From: Rhizaria sp. SCN 62-66
Taxonomy: Eukaryota
Direction of reading: 5' to 3'
Assembly: GCA_001724265.1 (NCBI GenBank)
Contig: MEDY01000177.1
Location: forward strand, 1-56,346
DNA length: 56,346 nucleotides
Shown here in pieces: positions 11,827 through 23,039 of this stretch (position 1 is the stretch's first letter; the number at the start of each line of letters is the position of its first letter). The notes under the pieces were generated by a model, which saw nothing but the letters and a program-made list of their open reading frames with translations, made no database searches and had not been told where the DNA came from. A program made the position numbers and the translations under genes.

Positions 11827-12264
11827 ACTTGTCTCGGGACTGCGGAGGCGTAGCAGAATCGGTGGCAAGAGCGAGCGCAAAGATGAAATGAGTTAAAGGA
11901 TTGACATGGGGGTTAGTTACTAATTCAGAATGCATTATTAAAGGACCATACCAAAATTTTCACAGACAATTTGGACAAACTCAAATCAGACGCACTGACG
12001 ATGTGGATATCTCCTTTTACGCTACCAAAGTTAAACAAATCGGAAAAAGAATCTGACTCCACCGATCAAGTTCAAGTTCATATAAACTTTGATGTTCCAA
12101 ATCACATAGGTACAAAGCATGCGAATTTGAACATCATGTGTGTATTGTATTATTATTTTTTCTTGCCTTTGTCTAAGCGCTTTATTATGGCGCAAAATCG
12201 TTTGATTTGTTGACTCGTACTGTCTGCGTCACTCGTCGCAGCCGTTCGTTTCTCTCATATCCTC

Positions 12265-15200
12265 TCAGCCTGACCCACTAAACAGTGTGACACGACGACC
12301 ACCGCCCCGCTGCAGTGCCTGCTCGGCCTGCAGCACTGGATCCGACGGCAGCAGCAGCCCGCGATCGAACCCTGGCGGTAACAGACTCACAGTCACGCTC
12401 TGCGATCTCGTTGCCGTGATGGTCGTCGCCGCAGACGCAGGCCCCGCCTCATGCTGACTGCCTGCCTCGTCCGCACCTGTACTGCGGAGGTTGCCGCCGC
12501 TGTGCCACATGCGCGGCCCGCCCTGTCCGTCGCCCTCACGGTCGAACTCGGCCTCCAGAGTCGCGCGTTCAAGCAACGCGCGCTCTCTTGCTGCCGCAGC
12601 CGCTGCGGCAGTCGCTGCTGCACTCGCTGCCTCAGCTGCCGCTGCTCCGGAGGCCGCGTTGTTTGCCGCCGCAGTGCCGGAGCCTGTGGTAAACGATGAT
12701 GGGTTTGTGCTGCTGCTGTTGCTGGAGTCAGTAGTTTGGGGATAGGCGACGGCGTAGTAGTAGTCAATCGCCTCCGCCTCGTCATCTTCTTGGTCTTCAT
12801 AATCATATTTCTCGTTGTAGTCGTCATAGTCTTCATCGTAATAGTAATCGTCGTCATCGTTCTTGTTGCCGCCCTTGATGATGACTGTGTTCTCAGAGTT
12901 GCGATTGTTTGTGGTCACACGGGCAGCAGGCGCGGTGCTGACATCACTTTCAACATTGCCTCTGTGGGCTGGAACAGCATGCGCGTCAACACCAGTGCTG
13001 CCCATGTTTTTTCTCTCGATCTCGTCATTGCTTCTGTCCTTTCTCTTTGTGTGACGCCTTTCTCTGTGCGCTGGCCCTCCACTTGAGCCGTCTCGTAGCA
13101 CGCCACCAACGCGTCGACGTCTGCGCTTGCGAGAGCGCTCATGTACGTGATCTGTGTCGTCGCTCGCGCTCATTCCAACGCTGCGCTCACTTTGACTGGG
13201 CCAGCCAGATTTGCTCCTCTACACTGATCCCGCGTTTGGTATCACAACCACGGGGCGCACCGCCTCCGGCACTGGCACAGGCACAGATACCGGGACAGGC
13301 ACAGGCACCGTGACTGTCTCGCTTACAGTCACCCCGCTCGTTTTGTTAGTGCGCGTCTTGTTCACGCCGATACTGCTCCACACAGCGCGCTGCGTGGCCA
13401 GCCTCTCTTTACCCGTGTTTGTGCCAATGACAGTGCTGTTGAGAGTGACAACAGCGTTCTTCAACGGCAAACCAAGGTTCCGCGGAACTCGCACTCTCTC
13501 CACGCCATCCACTGCGTCTTTGTCCCCGGCCTTGCGCAACGCCTTTGCGGTGTCGGCGGCAGACTTGCGGAGCTTTCCCGCAGCTGCAGCGGCAGCTGAA
13601 AATGGCTCGTCCGCGGCGACCGAGGCCCATGCGGCTGCAAGATCGCCCTCCAGTCCTGCGCGCGTTGGCAGCAGCTGCATCGGTTGTGACGCCGACGCCG
13701 GCGCGGACAAAGTCAACCCGGACTCAGATAAATTAGTCAACGTTGGTGGCTGTAAATCGCCTGTGAGCGTTTTTGCTCGGACGTCACTTGCTGGTGTCGT
13801 GCTATCAATGATGGAGCCGAGCGTGTCACTTACGGTGCTTTCAGCCGCTGCAACCGCTGCAGCTGCGAGTGTATTCGCGGCGGTGAACCCTGCCCATTGA
13901 CTTGTCACGTAGGCGACAGGCAGCGCTGCTCCGCTCTGCGTTGCAGTCTCGAGCTCAGCCGCGCTCAGCGCTCCTGTGCCCGCTTCGCTCATGACGCCCA
14001 GTCCGCTTTGCGCTGGGTGGATGTGCGGCGCACTGCTGAGCGTCCCCGCTGCCGCTGCTGCTGCTCGGTCATGGTGCGTCAGCCTAGAGCGCGGCCAGTC
14101 GTCCGGCGGCGGCACTGGCAGCGGGTCGCTGGTGCGTTTCCGTGCCGCGCGCAGCCGCAGCTCTCGGTTCCGCGCGCGCTCTCGCCACTGCGTCGACGAC
14201 ACGTGCGGACCCGGCCACGGCGCGTGCCACGTACCAGACCCGTGCCAAGGCGCCGGCGCGATTTCGCCAAGGGCTTCGGCGTCGGCTGCTGGCTCAGAGT
14301 GCGCTGCTGGAGTGGGGGGAGCGACTTCCGGGTGACCTGACTTGTGAAGTATCTCTGGCTCTGTCTGTGTTGCCTTTGACTTATAGTGCGGCTTTGGCTG
14401 TAGCTTCGGTTGCGGCTCTGTCGGTGACGGAGGCTGAGGCGGTCGGGGACGCGCAGAGAGCGCGGGCAGCGGCGACGGGAGCTCTAGTGGGAATGCACGT
14501 CGTGACTGCAACTGTGTCTGTGTCTGAGAGCCGCCAGTGCTGCCACCCTTGCTCTTGCGCGCCTCAAGTGCTGCGACCTTAGCCTGCGCTGAAGTAAGAC
14601 TGCCGGCGGAAGTTAAGCCGCCAAGACCCTACACATTTTCTTCGAGTAACACTTGTTGTGACTGTTGCAGCTGCTGCTTCTGTTGCCCGTGATGCGGATG
14701 TCTGTCACGATCGTGCTTATGGCCAAGCTCATGTTTTTGTTGCTTTTGTTGACTCTGTTTCTCCCTAGTCATCTACATTGCTGCGACTGTTGATAATGCT
14801 GGCTTGACGTTTGCCTCTGCTGCGACAGTAGCGGCGCGCGCCTGAAGCCGCATCATACCAGTCTGGCTTCCAAGCCTGCTGCGGGCCGCGTTGACCCACT
14901 CGGCTTCAATTGAGTCGTCAACAGCTTCTTCGACTGCGTCCATAACATTGCTATCCGCAATCGCATTTTCGGCATGATTTTCACTGTCAACATCTGTGTT
15001 GGCCGCGCTTTCTACCTCGGCCTCGGTCTCCGTTCCCGTCTGTGCCGCGCTCTCGTGCATAACTCCACCATTGCTGTCAAATACAATACCGTGCTCAGCG
15101 GCCCAGTGCTCCTCGCGCTCGTGCCTGCGCTCAGCCACAGCCTGAACATACTCTAGCGGCACCGTCAGAGTACCCGCGCCGACGATCGCACTGTTCACTG

Positions 15201-18200
15201 CTGAAAGCAGTCCACTGAGTCCTGCACTAGCTTCTGCTCCAGCGTTAGCAGCTGTGGCAGCATTGTGCTCTGTGCCAGTGTCAGTAACTGCGTCTGCAGC
15301 CACGACCATGCTCACCGCTTTGTCACCCATAAGCGCTGCAACATTGCTTTTGTTGTCGGTGTGTGTGGCTACAAGCATGGCATCGTGCGCGTTCTGCGCT
15401 GCACCCAGCTGCTCACTGTGCGGCGTTAGAGCCTCTGTGACACTCTGGACCAAAGGCGGCTTCTCAGTAGGGCTCACAGTGCGACCCAACGTGAGCCGCG
15501 GCGCGCCGACCGTTGGCCCCAACACAAGCGTTGTTGCCGCGGCCGCAAACGTGGTGACGACGATGACGATACCCACTAGCACTGTGAGGAGCCGCCGGCG
15601 GCGCGCGCGAGTGAGTTCGCTCCGCAACGCGCGCCGAGCTCCACGGTCAAGCTCAACGTTGCCGTCTGAGTGAACCGAGCCCGTGAAACTGCGTGCACTG
15701 TTGCCGAGCAGCGAAGTACCCGGACCGCTGCCGAGGCCCGCGTCCGTGTCGTCGTCAGCTCCGTCGGCGTTGGCTGACGAGAAGAACGGCGTGTTGGCCG
15801 TCGCGCTGTTGTGTGCCGCTGAGCTTGCCGATGAGGTTGAGAGCATGAACGAGAATGGCCAGCGCCAGCCGCTGCTGCGGCCGCCGCTGATGTTGCCGGG
15901 GATGTTGACGTCGGACGAGTGCTTACTTGCGTTCTGCTCTCTGTCATTGTTGTCACGATTTACAGGCGTCTCGATGGGAAACGGTGGCCTACATGGTACA
16001 AAGTTAAATACATATTTGGCACAAATTAGTTTAAAATCCCAAACAATCTTTACGTGTAGGGACTTATACATAAACACTAGCTTTCCATATTCTTCTCCGG
16101 CTGAAGTGCAGTCGTACCTAAGCTGCTCCAGCTCTTCGAGGCTGAGCATACTTCCATAGTCGCACTGCGGCGCCCCACGGCCCTGCATATTATTTCCATG
16201 ATTGCCACTCTTTTTATCGAGCCTTATTATATCACGACTGCCGCTTCTAGAGCTCTTGTTCCGGCCAGTGTCACGGTTGCTGTTTTTGCTACTACTGCGG
16301 CGTTCCAGCGCAACCACAATGCCCGCGCCGCCGCTGCGAGTGTTTGTTGTGCTGACGTTTCCCGGTGTGAGAGACCCCTGTTGCTGCGCCAGAGCATGCG
16401 CGTGCGTGTGTGCGTGTGCGTGAAATCGTGGCGTTGGTGGCAGCAGAGTTGTCGCACTTGCAGATCTGCTGTGGGTTGTGCTACCACTGCGACTGTGTCC
16501 GCGGCTCTGAGTGTGCTCGTTCGAGTGAGCATGAGTGGCCCATACGCCGTCAAACAACCCCGCGTCGTCATCCTCGCCACTATACCCGCCGCCGTAGCCG
16601 CCGCTGTTCTCGTAGTCGGTGCCGTAAATGTTCTCGTACTGATGCAAGTGAAGTGCAGCGGCGTCTGAGTCAGCGTCATCTGCATTCAGCGCATTGTCGT
16701 CGCCCCAAAGCCCGTCGTCACCGCTGACAGCGCTTGCAGCGCTTGCAACGCTGTCTGTGCGCTGGCGGCCCGCAACGCGATCGACGGAGCCCCGTCTATA
16801 ATCAGGAGCGACAGCGCTGGACTTGGCCTCTGAATTAGCACCAGAATAATTAGCGATTGCAGTGGCAAGCTTGTGTTGCAGCCGCGCAAGCTCTGGGCCG
16901 AGTCGGTTGGTCGGCAGGCTCTGACGGTGCTGCTGCCTCTGCAGCTGCTGTTGCTGCTGCTGGCGCAGCTGCTCCTGTTGCTGCTGCGCTAACACTGTGG
17001 CTGCAGTTGAGCTGGCGGGAACGGGGCTTGTCGGGCCAGGAAACGGTGAGTGATGCGCTGCATTGACTCGCGCTCCCACTGACGGGTTCAGCTGAGTTTT
17101 GTGTCCCTCAGCAGCAGAGTGTCCAAGCGTCACTGCAGAAGCTGTGAGGCTGCTCGCAGGGCTACTGACGTGGTTGTTTGCCTCGGCGAGAATGCTGAGC
17201 AGGTAGCGCGAGTCGGTGCGGAGCGTCAGCTGCCCCACCAACGGAGACCGCGGTGGCAGTGCAGCAGAGCTACCTACAGTCGGCTTTGGCTGAGACGGCA
17301 CTTGGTCAGTCTGCGCAGTATGGGAGGCCGCTGATCTTTGCTGCGCAACATGGTCAAGGCTGGTGGTGATGTTGTTAGTCGTACATGTGACTATGGGCTT
17401 CGCCGCAGGTGCGCCTGAGGAAGACTGGGTCGACGCAGGAACGAGTAGGGCAGCGGTGTCGGGAGACCGAACTGCAGGCGCGGTCAGCACAAGGCCAATC
17501 TACATAAATAAAAAGAATCGTTGTTGAAATAACGTGAGCGTTTGAGTCAACAGCTACATTGGAATTTCTGAATTTGTTTTTTTAAGTTTGTTAAGTTTGA
17601 TTGCTTGCTTACCTGTTGTGCCTGAGCGTGGATGACCAGCGCCGGATGAGGCTGCGATATCCTTGTCTCGTGTAAGTTCCCTCTGTTGCGCGCAGAGTCT
17701 GTGTTAACGGTGGAGTGGGTTGGCACTGGTGCTGCTTGGGCTGGTGTTGTGGGGGCCGCGTGAGCAACAGGGTTCGCAGCGGTGATAGCAGGCTTACGCT
17801 GTTGCTGTTGCAGATGTTGTTTTTGCTCCTGCTCCCACAGATGGTTCTGTTGCGCCTGTTGGTGCTGCTCCTGCTGAGACAACAGCTGCTGCTGCTTTTG
17901 CCGGAGAACCTCCACGTCGTGCTGCCGCTGCCGCATCGACGGCGAGAGCGGTGGCAGATGACTCTGGCCGTGACCGTGACCGTGAGTAAGCGAGTGACCG
18001 TGAGCGTCGGATGTGGGCCACACGCGCAGCGGTGCCAGAGCGACAACGCTTTTGCCGTCCTTGAGATTACTGTGACCGGGGCCATTGCCCTCAATGTCGC
18101 TATGGGTGATGCCCTCAGTCTTAGTGTTGCTGGTCACAGCTGCGTGGTCACCGCCGACAACACGAACATCAACGTCGCTCTCGCGGCGGTCACGATTGTT

Positions 18201-18521
18201 GTTGGAGGTGTCCCGGCTGCTATGCGCAGTTGCGATACTCTCCAACGCAGCTGCTGTGTTCGGGTTCACGTCGCGGGTGATTGCGTTGGCGTGAGTGATG
18301 CTGTTGATGCTGTGGTCCCATGCAGTGCCCCACTGAGTCCAAGGTCCTTGACTGTAGGGCATGCTTGCGTGACTTGCTGCGGGGCTTACAAACTCCGGTC
18401 CTCCGCTTGCGGCGCCGGATGGCGCGACAATGCCGTCAATTGGCAGCATTGGTGGTCGAGGCGCAAGCTGGGAGGACTGTGTTGCAACGGCCGCTGCAGA
18501 CTCAGCGCTAAGAAGAAGCAT
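12265..18521 (-). CDS. Large (about 2000 aa) low-complexity single-pass membrane protein of unknown function; intron 17500-17612, possible intron about 15989-16069; in-frame TAGs at 14773-14775, 14629-14631 and 13219-13221
   Basis: ORFs 17547..18521, 14773..17490, 13219..14511 and 12265..13173 join into one frame through one phase-0 intron and three TAGs (checked codon by codon across 14772-14581 and 13218-13173). There is one TM segment (RRRRLLTVLVGIVIVVTTFAAAATTLVLG). TGA stop at 12265. Confidence 0.65.
15989..16069 (-). other. Possible in-frame, stop-free intron (81 nt; donor uncertain)
   Basis: An abrupt AT-rich segment within GC-rich coding sequence ends in ATGTAG|G. The candidate donor AT|GTATAA keeps the frame; a GC donor a few codons upstream is also possible. 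Confidence 0.45.
17500..17612 (-). other. Spliceosomal intron (113 nt)
   Basis: CAG|GTAAGC ... TTTTTATTTATGTAG|ATT; AT-rich; phase 0, joining the two frames. Confidence 0.8.
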
Positions 18522-19628
18522 GATATCGTGAAAGAGATTGAATTAGAAGAAAGAAATGGTGTAATATAGTATGTGACAATAAAGAATACATGCGAAAAAC
18601 GTACATTTTTCTTTCGCCTGGATTGGCGTCATGCGCGTTGTCGTTGCTTTTGCTTTTAGAGGCGACCCTGGACATTGGAGTCTGACTCGCAGTTTTTGCA
18701 CCTCTTGTAGACCCACCACTATGAGTATTATTATAATTCCGATGAAGATAAATATAGAAATAAATTGTTAGTCATCGTTATTACGTAAAACATTCTATTC
18801 TACTGATGTGATCACTGTGTAACACTTGATCGAAATCAGGGTCGATGAGTCCCATCACGCGCAGCTTCAGACCCTCCAAAGCGATGTCAGCGTACTGACA
18901 CCAACTGACAAGCTCTCGGGCACCAATCGCTTTAAAACGCAACATGTGCATCTGCATTACGTTGTTCCCTGTCTTCTAATAAATGTTTTCCTCGCTTCAC
19001 ATACGTTGAACTGTGATACTCTCATGAAAGTGACAATTGTGATTGCGTCATCAGACGATTCAACTTGAAGCAGGTGAGTTATATAGCATAATAAAGTGCA
19101 TATACAAGACATATCGCATTTTTGAGTTCCCGTTATTTATTTATCCAGATAGTTGAATCGCAATGCATGGGACACAAAAATGTCAGTTTCGCAGAAGGTC
19201 GGACTCCATCGATCATCCTTCACAATTCCAGTCACACCTGTATCATATTAAATCAAATGTTTTCACCAACTTAGAATCAAATATAATGCCCCATATTGTG
19301 GAAGATATCCAACGGTTAATGCGCATAAACTTCATTAATATTGTTATTTCTCTCTCTAAGTCATGCCAAACAGGAGGAGGACTGTTTGGAGCCAGAAACG
19401 CTCGCTTGTGGTAGAAGTTGGGGACTGGGCACTGGGCATCGACAGTTCAAAGCTCAAGTTTCAATCAAGATTTCCCAATAGTCACTCGCCCAATGTGAAT
19501 GCAGGCCCGAGATTGCATTTATTCGCTGCATTTTCTAATGGGACCTTTAATTAAATCGCAACAGACTCCTATATCTTACAACCTCAATGTTTGCATCGCC
19601 CCTCTCAGACAAAGTCAAACAGAACACG

Positions 19629-21209
19629 ATGTCCTCTCCCTCGCCGACCGCGCCCAAGACGGCGCTGTCGTGCGCTGAGCTCTCAGCTGCCGCCGCGCAG
19701 CTGCCCGAGTTTCCCACCTGGCCCGCGTTGACTGTGGATCCCGACACATACCCTGCTGACCTCGCAGGCCTGCTGCTCGAGCGCCCATCCCCGCGCGCGC
19801 CAGCGCCGCCCCTGCCTGCGTTCGCGCCCTCACCCAGCGCCGACATGTCCGCGTTCCTCTCTTCCGCCGCGGAGGCGCTGCGGGCCGCGCTTGATGCCCA
19901 CGCCGCGCACGCCGCCGCGCAGTCCGCCGCTGCCGACGAGGAGGCCGCCGCGTGGCGCGCGCACCCGGTCGCCGTGGCCGAGCTCGCGACTGCGCTGAGC
20001 GACGCGCTGCAGGACCGCCGCGCGCGCTGGGACGCCGAGCGCGCCGCGCTGGACGCACACCTTGAGCGTCCGCGCGCGCTGCTGGCCGCCACAACCGCCG
20101 AGTCCGCTCTGGCGGCGCGAGGGGTCGCCCTCGCCCGCAGGCGCGCTGCTGCTGCTGAGGCCGAGTCGGCGTCGCTCGCTGCGGCCTTCGCCGCCGAGCG
20201 CGCGGCAGAGGACTTCGGGCGCCTTCCGCGGTCTGCGCTGCGCCTTGTCGCGGGCTTCCTGCGGCGGCGCGAGGTGGCGGCATGCGTTCGCGTGTGCCGG
20301 CGCTGGCGCTACTGCCTTGACCGCGGGTTCATCTGGAAAGAAGTGCTCCGCGGCGCTGTCGCCGAGACCGCGGCGCGGCGCGTGGCGGCCGCAGAGAGCG
20401 CCGAGGTTGCCGCGCTGGCCGCGATGCTGCCCACGGCTGTGACAATCACCCTGCGGGATCCTCACAAGAAGGCGCGGCACGCGGGGCGCGCGCAGGTGTA
20501 CGAGACGTGTTTGGCGCAGGTGCGCGCGCAGGTCGAGGCTGTCGAGTCGGAGCGCGAGGATTTGTTCTCCAACGCCAACACCGAGGAGCAAGTGCTGAGC
20601 TTTCTCCGGGACACGCTTGCCACTGAGCGCGCCCGCTACGGCGCTGCTATCAAAGAGCGCACGGCGGCGGAGCGCGCGCAGGCCGAGGCGGAGACGCTAA
20701 AAACCCAGCTGATGGCGGAACTGGGCGAGCTGGAGGCCGAGACGGCCGCCGAGGACGCCGCTCGCTGCCGCGCTGATGAGGCCGCTGCACAATCGATCAC
20801 AGCGCTTGAGCGCACGCTGGCGATGGTCGGCGAGGACGCCGCTGCGGGCAACCAGACGGCGGGGTCGACCACGGCTGCGGTCGGAGGAGGCGGCGGTGGT
20901 ATGCTGGGGGATTTCCTGCTTGGCGAGCCCGCTGTGCCTGCGGCTGGCGGGTCCACGAACCCGTTTGACGACGACTTCATGGGGAACGCCGTTGCTGCGG
21001 GGCTCCAGTCGCCGGGGCCCGTGGGCGCGGGCGCGGCGGGCGGCAGTGGCAGCGGGGCGACGCTGGACGAGCTGACGCAGCAGATGAAGCAGCACAAAAA
21101 GCTGTTGGTGCGCGCTGTGAAGCAGCTACGCAGTGATGTTACAACCGCAAAGCAGGCAAATGACCAGCTCGAAGCGCAGTTGCGCATGCTTGGCATCGAG
21201 CCTGCTTGA
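19629..21209 (+). CDS. F-box protein with coiled coils (alternative start 19587)
   Basis: FGRLPRSALRLVAGFLRRREVAACVRVCRRWRYCLDRGFIWKEV matches the F-box consensus (LP.E.L..IF.FL......C..VCRRW). It has flanking heptad-like helices and an NPF motif. TGA stop. Confidence 0.8.
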   Translation: MSSPSPTAPKTALSCAELSAAAAQLPEFPTWPALTVDPDTYPADLAGLLLERPSPRAPAPPLPAFAPSPSADMSAFLSSAAEALRAALDAHAAHAAAQSAAADEEAAAWRAHPVAVAELATALSDALQDRRARWDAERAALDAHLERPRALLAATTAESALAARGVALARRRAAAAEAESASLAAAFAAERAAEDFGRLPRSALRLVAGFLRRREVAACVRVCRRWRYCLDRGFIWKEVLRGAVAETAARRVAAAESAEVAALAAMLPTAVTITLRDPHKKARHAGRAQVYETCLAQVRAQVEAVESEREDLFSNANTEEQVLSFLRDTLATERARYGAAIKERTAAERAQAEAETLKTQLMAELGELEAETAAEDAARCRADEAAAQSITALERTLAMVGEDAAAGNQTAGSTTAAVGGGGGGMLGDFLLGEPAVPAAGGSTNPFDDDFMGNAVAAGLQSPGPVGAGAAGGSGSGATLDELTQQMKQHKKLLVRAVKQLRSDVTTAKQANDQLEAQLRMLGIEPA

Positions 21210-21613
21210 AAGGAAAACAAACGTCGAGAGCACTTATAATCCAGAATGTCAGAATGAACACGCTTATCCCTGCTATTGTGGTGTGAAAATGATGTTGCTT
21301 GAGGCGGTTCAGTTTATTTTTCAAGTCGCAAGTCCCTCTTCACTTCAAGTGATGGCCAGTGAGCAAATACAGTGCCAAATCACTTGATGAACTTCGCCAC
21401 ACACGATTTTCTTCATCTCGTCTTATTATCGTTTGATATTCTCTTTAAATCTATTTTTTATTTCTTCCCAAGCATTGTCTTTATTCGATTCTAGTTGGTT
21501 GCTTCCTTCCTCACCCGCCTTGTCACTTCGGTTTACTCCCTGACGTTCACTGCTTGCTACACCTGCGTGCATCATCGCCGTCGCGCTTTTGCATCCCCCA
21601 GCGTAGCTATCTT

Positions 21614-22429
21614 ATGAGCAAGATTGAGCCGCGCCAGCAGCCGGGCCCGCAAGGCCGTGCCGCCGCGCCAATCAAGAACATCGTCTCCTCCCGCTCTGGC
21701 CAGAGCCAAGGCGGCCAGGACCAGAACCACGACGACAACGACGATGAGCGCCGCAGCCGCAGCCGCGAAGGCCGCGCCGCCGCCCCTCAACCGCAGCAAC
21801 AGCAACAGCCGATGCAGCAGCAACAACAACAGCAGCAGCGCCCCAAGCCTTCGTCAGCACCGTCGCAGTCCCAGTCCCAGGCACAGCCGCAGTCGCATTC
21901 GCAGCCAGAGCTGTCATTCACGCCGAACCGCTTCTCCGCAGCGTTCCCGCAGGACGCGCTGTCTCGCTGGTCGAACCAGTTCTGGGGCGCCGTGGGCGCG
22001 GGCTACGAAATGATCCAGCCGTGGCTGTTGTGGGCGTGGAACCTCGTCACCTTCGAGGGCCGGCTCTGGGGCTGGCTGCTCGCTGGGCTGAGCGCCACGG
22101 CGGCGTTTATGCGCCGCCACAGCGAGGCCATTTCGGCAATCCTGTCCACGGTCAAGTCGGTGCTGTTCACGCTGCTGGGGCTCGCCATCATCGCTGTGCG
22201 CGCTGCGGTCGGATGGGGCATCGCGGGGTACCAGGCCATGCGCGGCATCGCCAGCGGCAGCGGGATTAAGGGACTGCGCGGCAACGGCGACGCCGAAATT
22301 TCTGCCGCCGCCGCGCAACGTGGGCGCCAGCAGCCAGAGCGCGAGATCAAGCGGTTCCTCTCTGACCGGGAGGGCCGGCAGCAGCAGCCGGGGCATGTGC
22401 GCCACAGGGAGCCAGCCCCCGCGTACTAA
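21614..22429 (+). CDS. Hypothetical membrane protein with Gln-rich N-terminus
   Basis: GC3-rich ORF bounded by AT-rich flanks, with Trp-rich hydrophobic helices. TAA stop. Confidence 0.7.
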   Translation: MSKIEPRQQPGPQGRAAAPIKNIVSSRSGQSQGGQDQNHDDNDDERRSRSREGRAAAPQPQQQQQPMQQQQQQQQRPKPSSAPSQSQSQAQPQSHSQPELSFTPNRFSAAFPQDALSRWSNQFWGAVGAGYEMIQPWLLWAWNLVTFEGRLWGWLLAGLSATAAFMRRHSEAISAILSTVKSVLFTLLGLAIIAVRAAVGWGIAGYQAMRGIASGSGIKGLRGNGDAEISAAAAQRGRQQPEREIKRFLSDREGRQQQPGHVRHREPAPAY

Positions 22430-23039
22430 GCGAAAGCAAGTGCACAGCAAAGTGCGCACGCAGGGGCGCATAGTGAGGGAAGCGGCGTTTGCGTTGGGAC
22501 ATGTGGAGTGGATAACAAGTGTGTAAGGTAACTGTACGGAGTACTTTGACTGGCTATAATCCGAGCGCGATTGGTATGCGGTTATAACAGTTAAAGGCTT
22601 AATTTGAAGAACTGAAGATATGACATTTCAATAAATTGATTAAGCTAAGCATTGACGAAAACTCATATATTCACATCTCAAAGATAACGTTGCATTGTCT
22701 TCGAACGTCACACAAAAAATGAGAATTGTATTTTTTAAACTGAACATCAAAGGAAACCACAGGTTGATTTTGATCATAATAGTGGCACACCGCTCGTGAT
22801 TCTTGATGGTGAAAAAGAAGTACTAATATACATAGACGTATTCATAGCAAATACATAGCAAAAAGCAATGTTAAACTCATCGGTCCAATTTTTCATGCAA
22901 TGCGCAAACTCACCCGACATAGCGTGTCGACGTGACTACGTATTCATGCATGTGATCACTTACTGCAGCTCATCCAGACTGAGCTTCAAAAAACTAACAC
23001 GACCGATACTAGTATCACTGTACGCGCATAAAAAACACC

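Noticed and set aside
18522-19586. Suppressor tRNA (CUA) or other ncRNA in the longer spacers (also 22430-23039 and 28545-29615)
   Set aside because: I could not build a cloverleaf or A/B-box pair by eye; tRNAscan-SE would be needed to exclude one.
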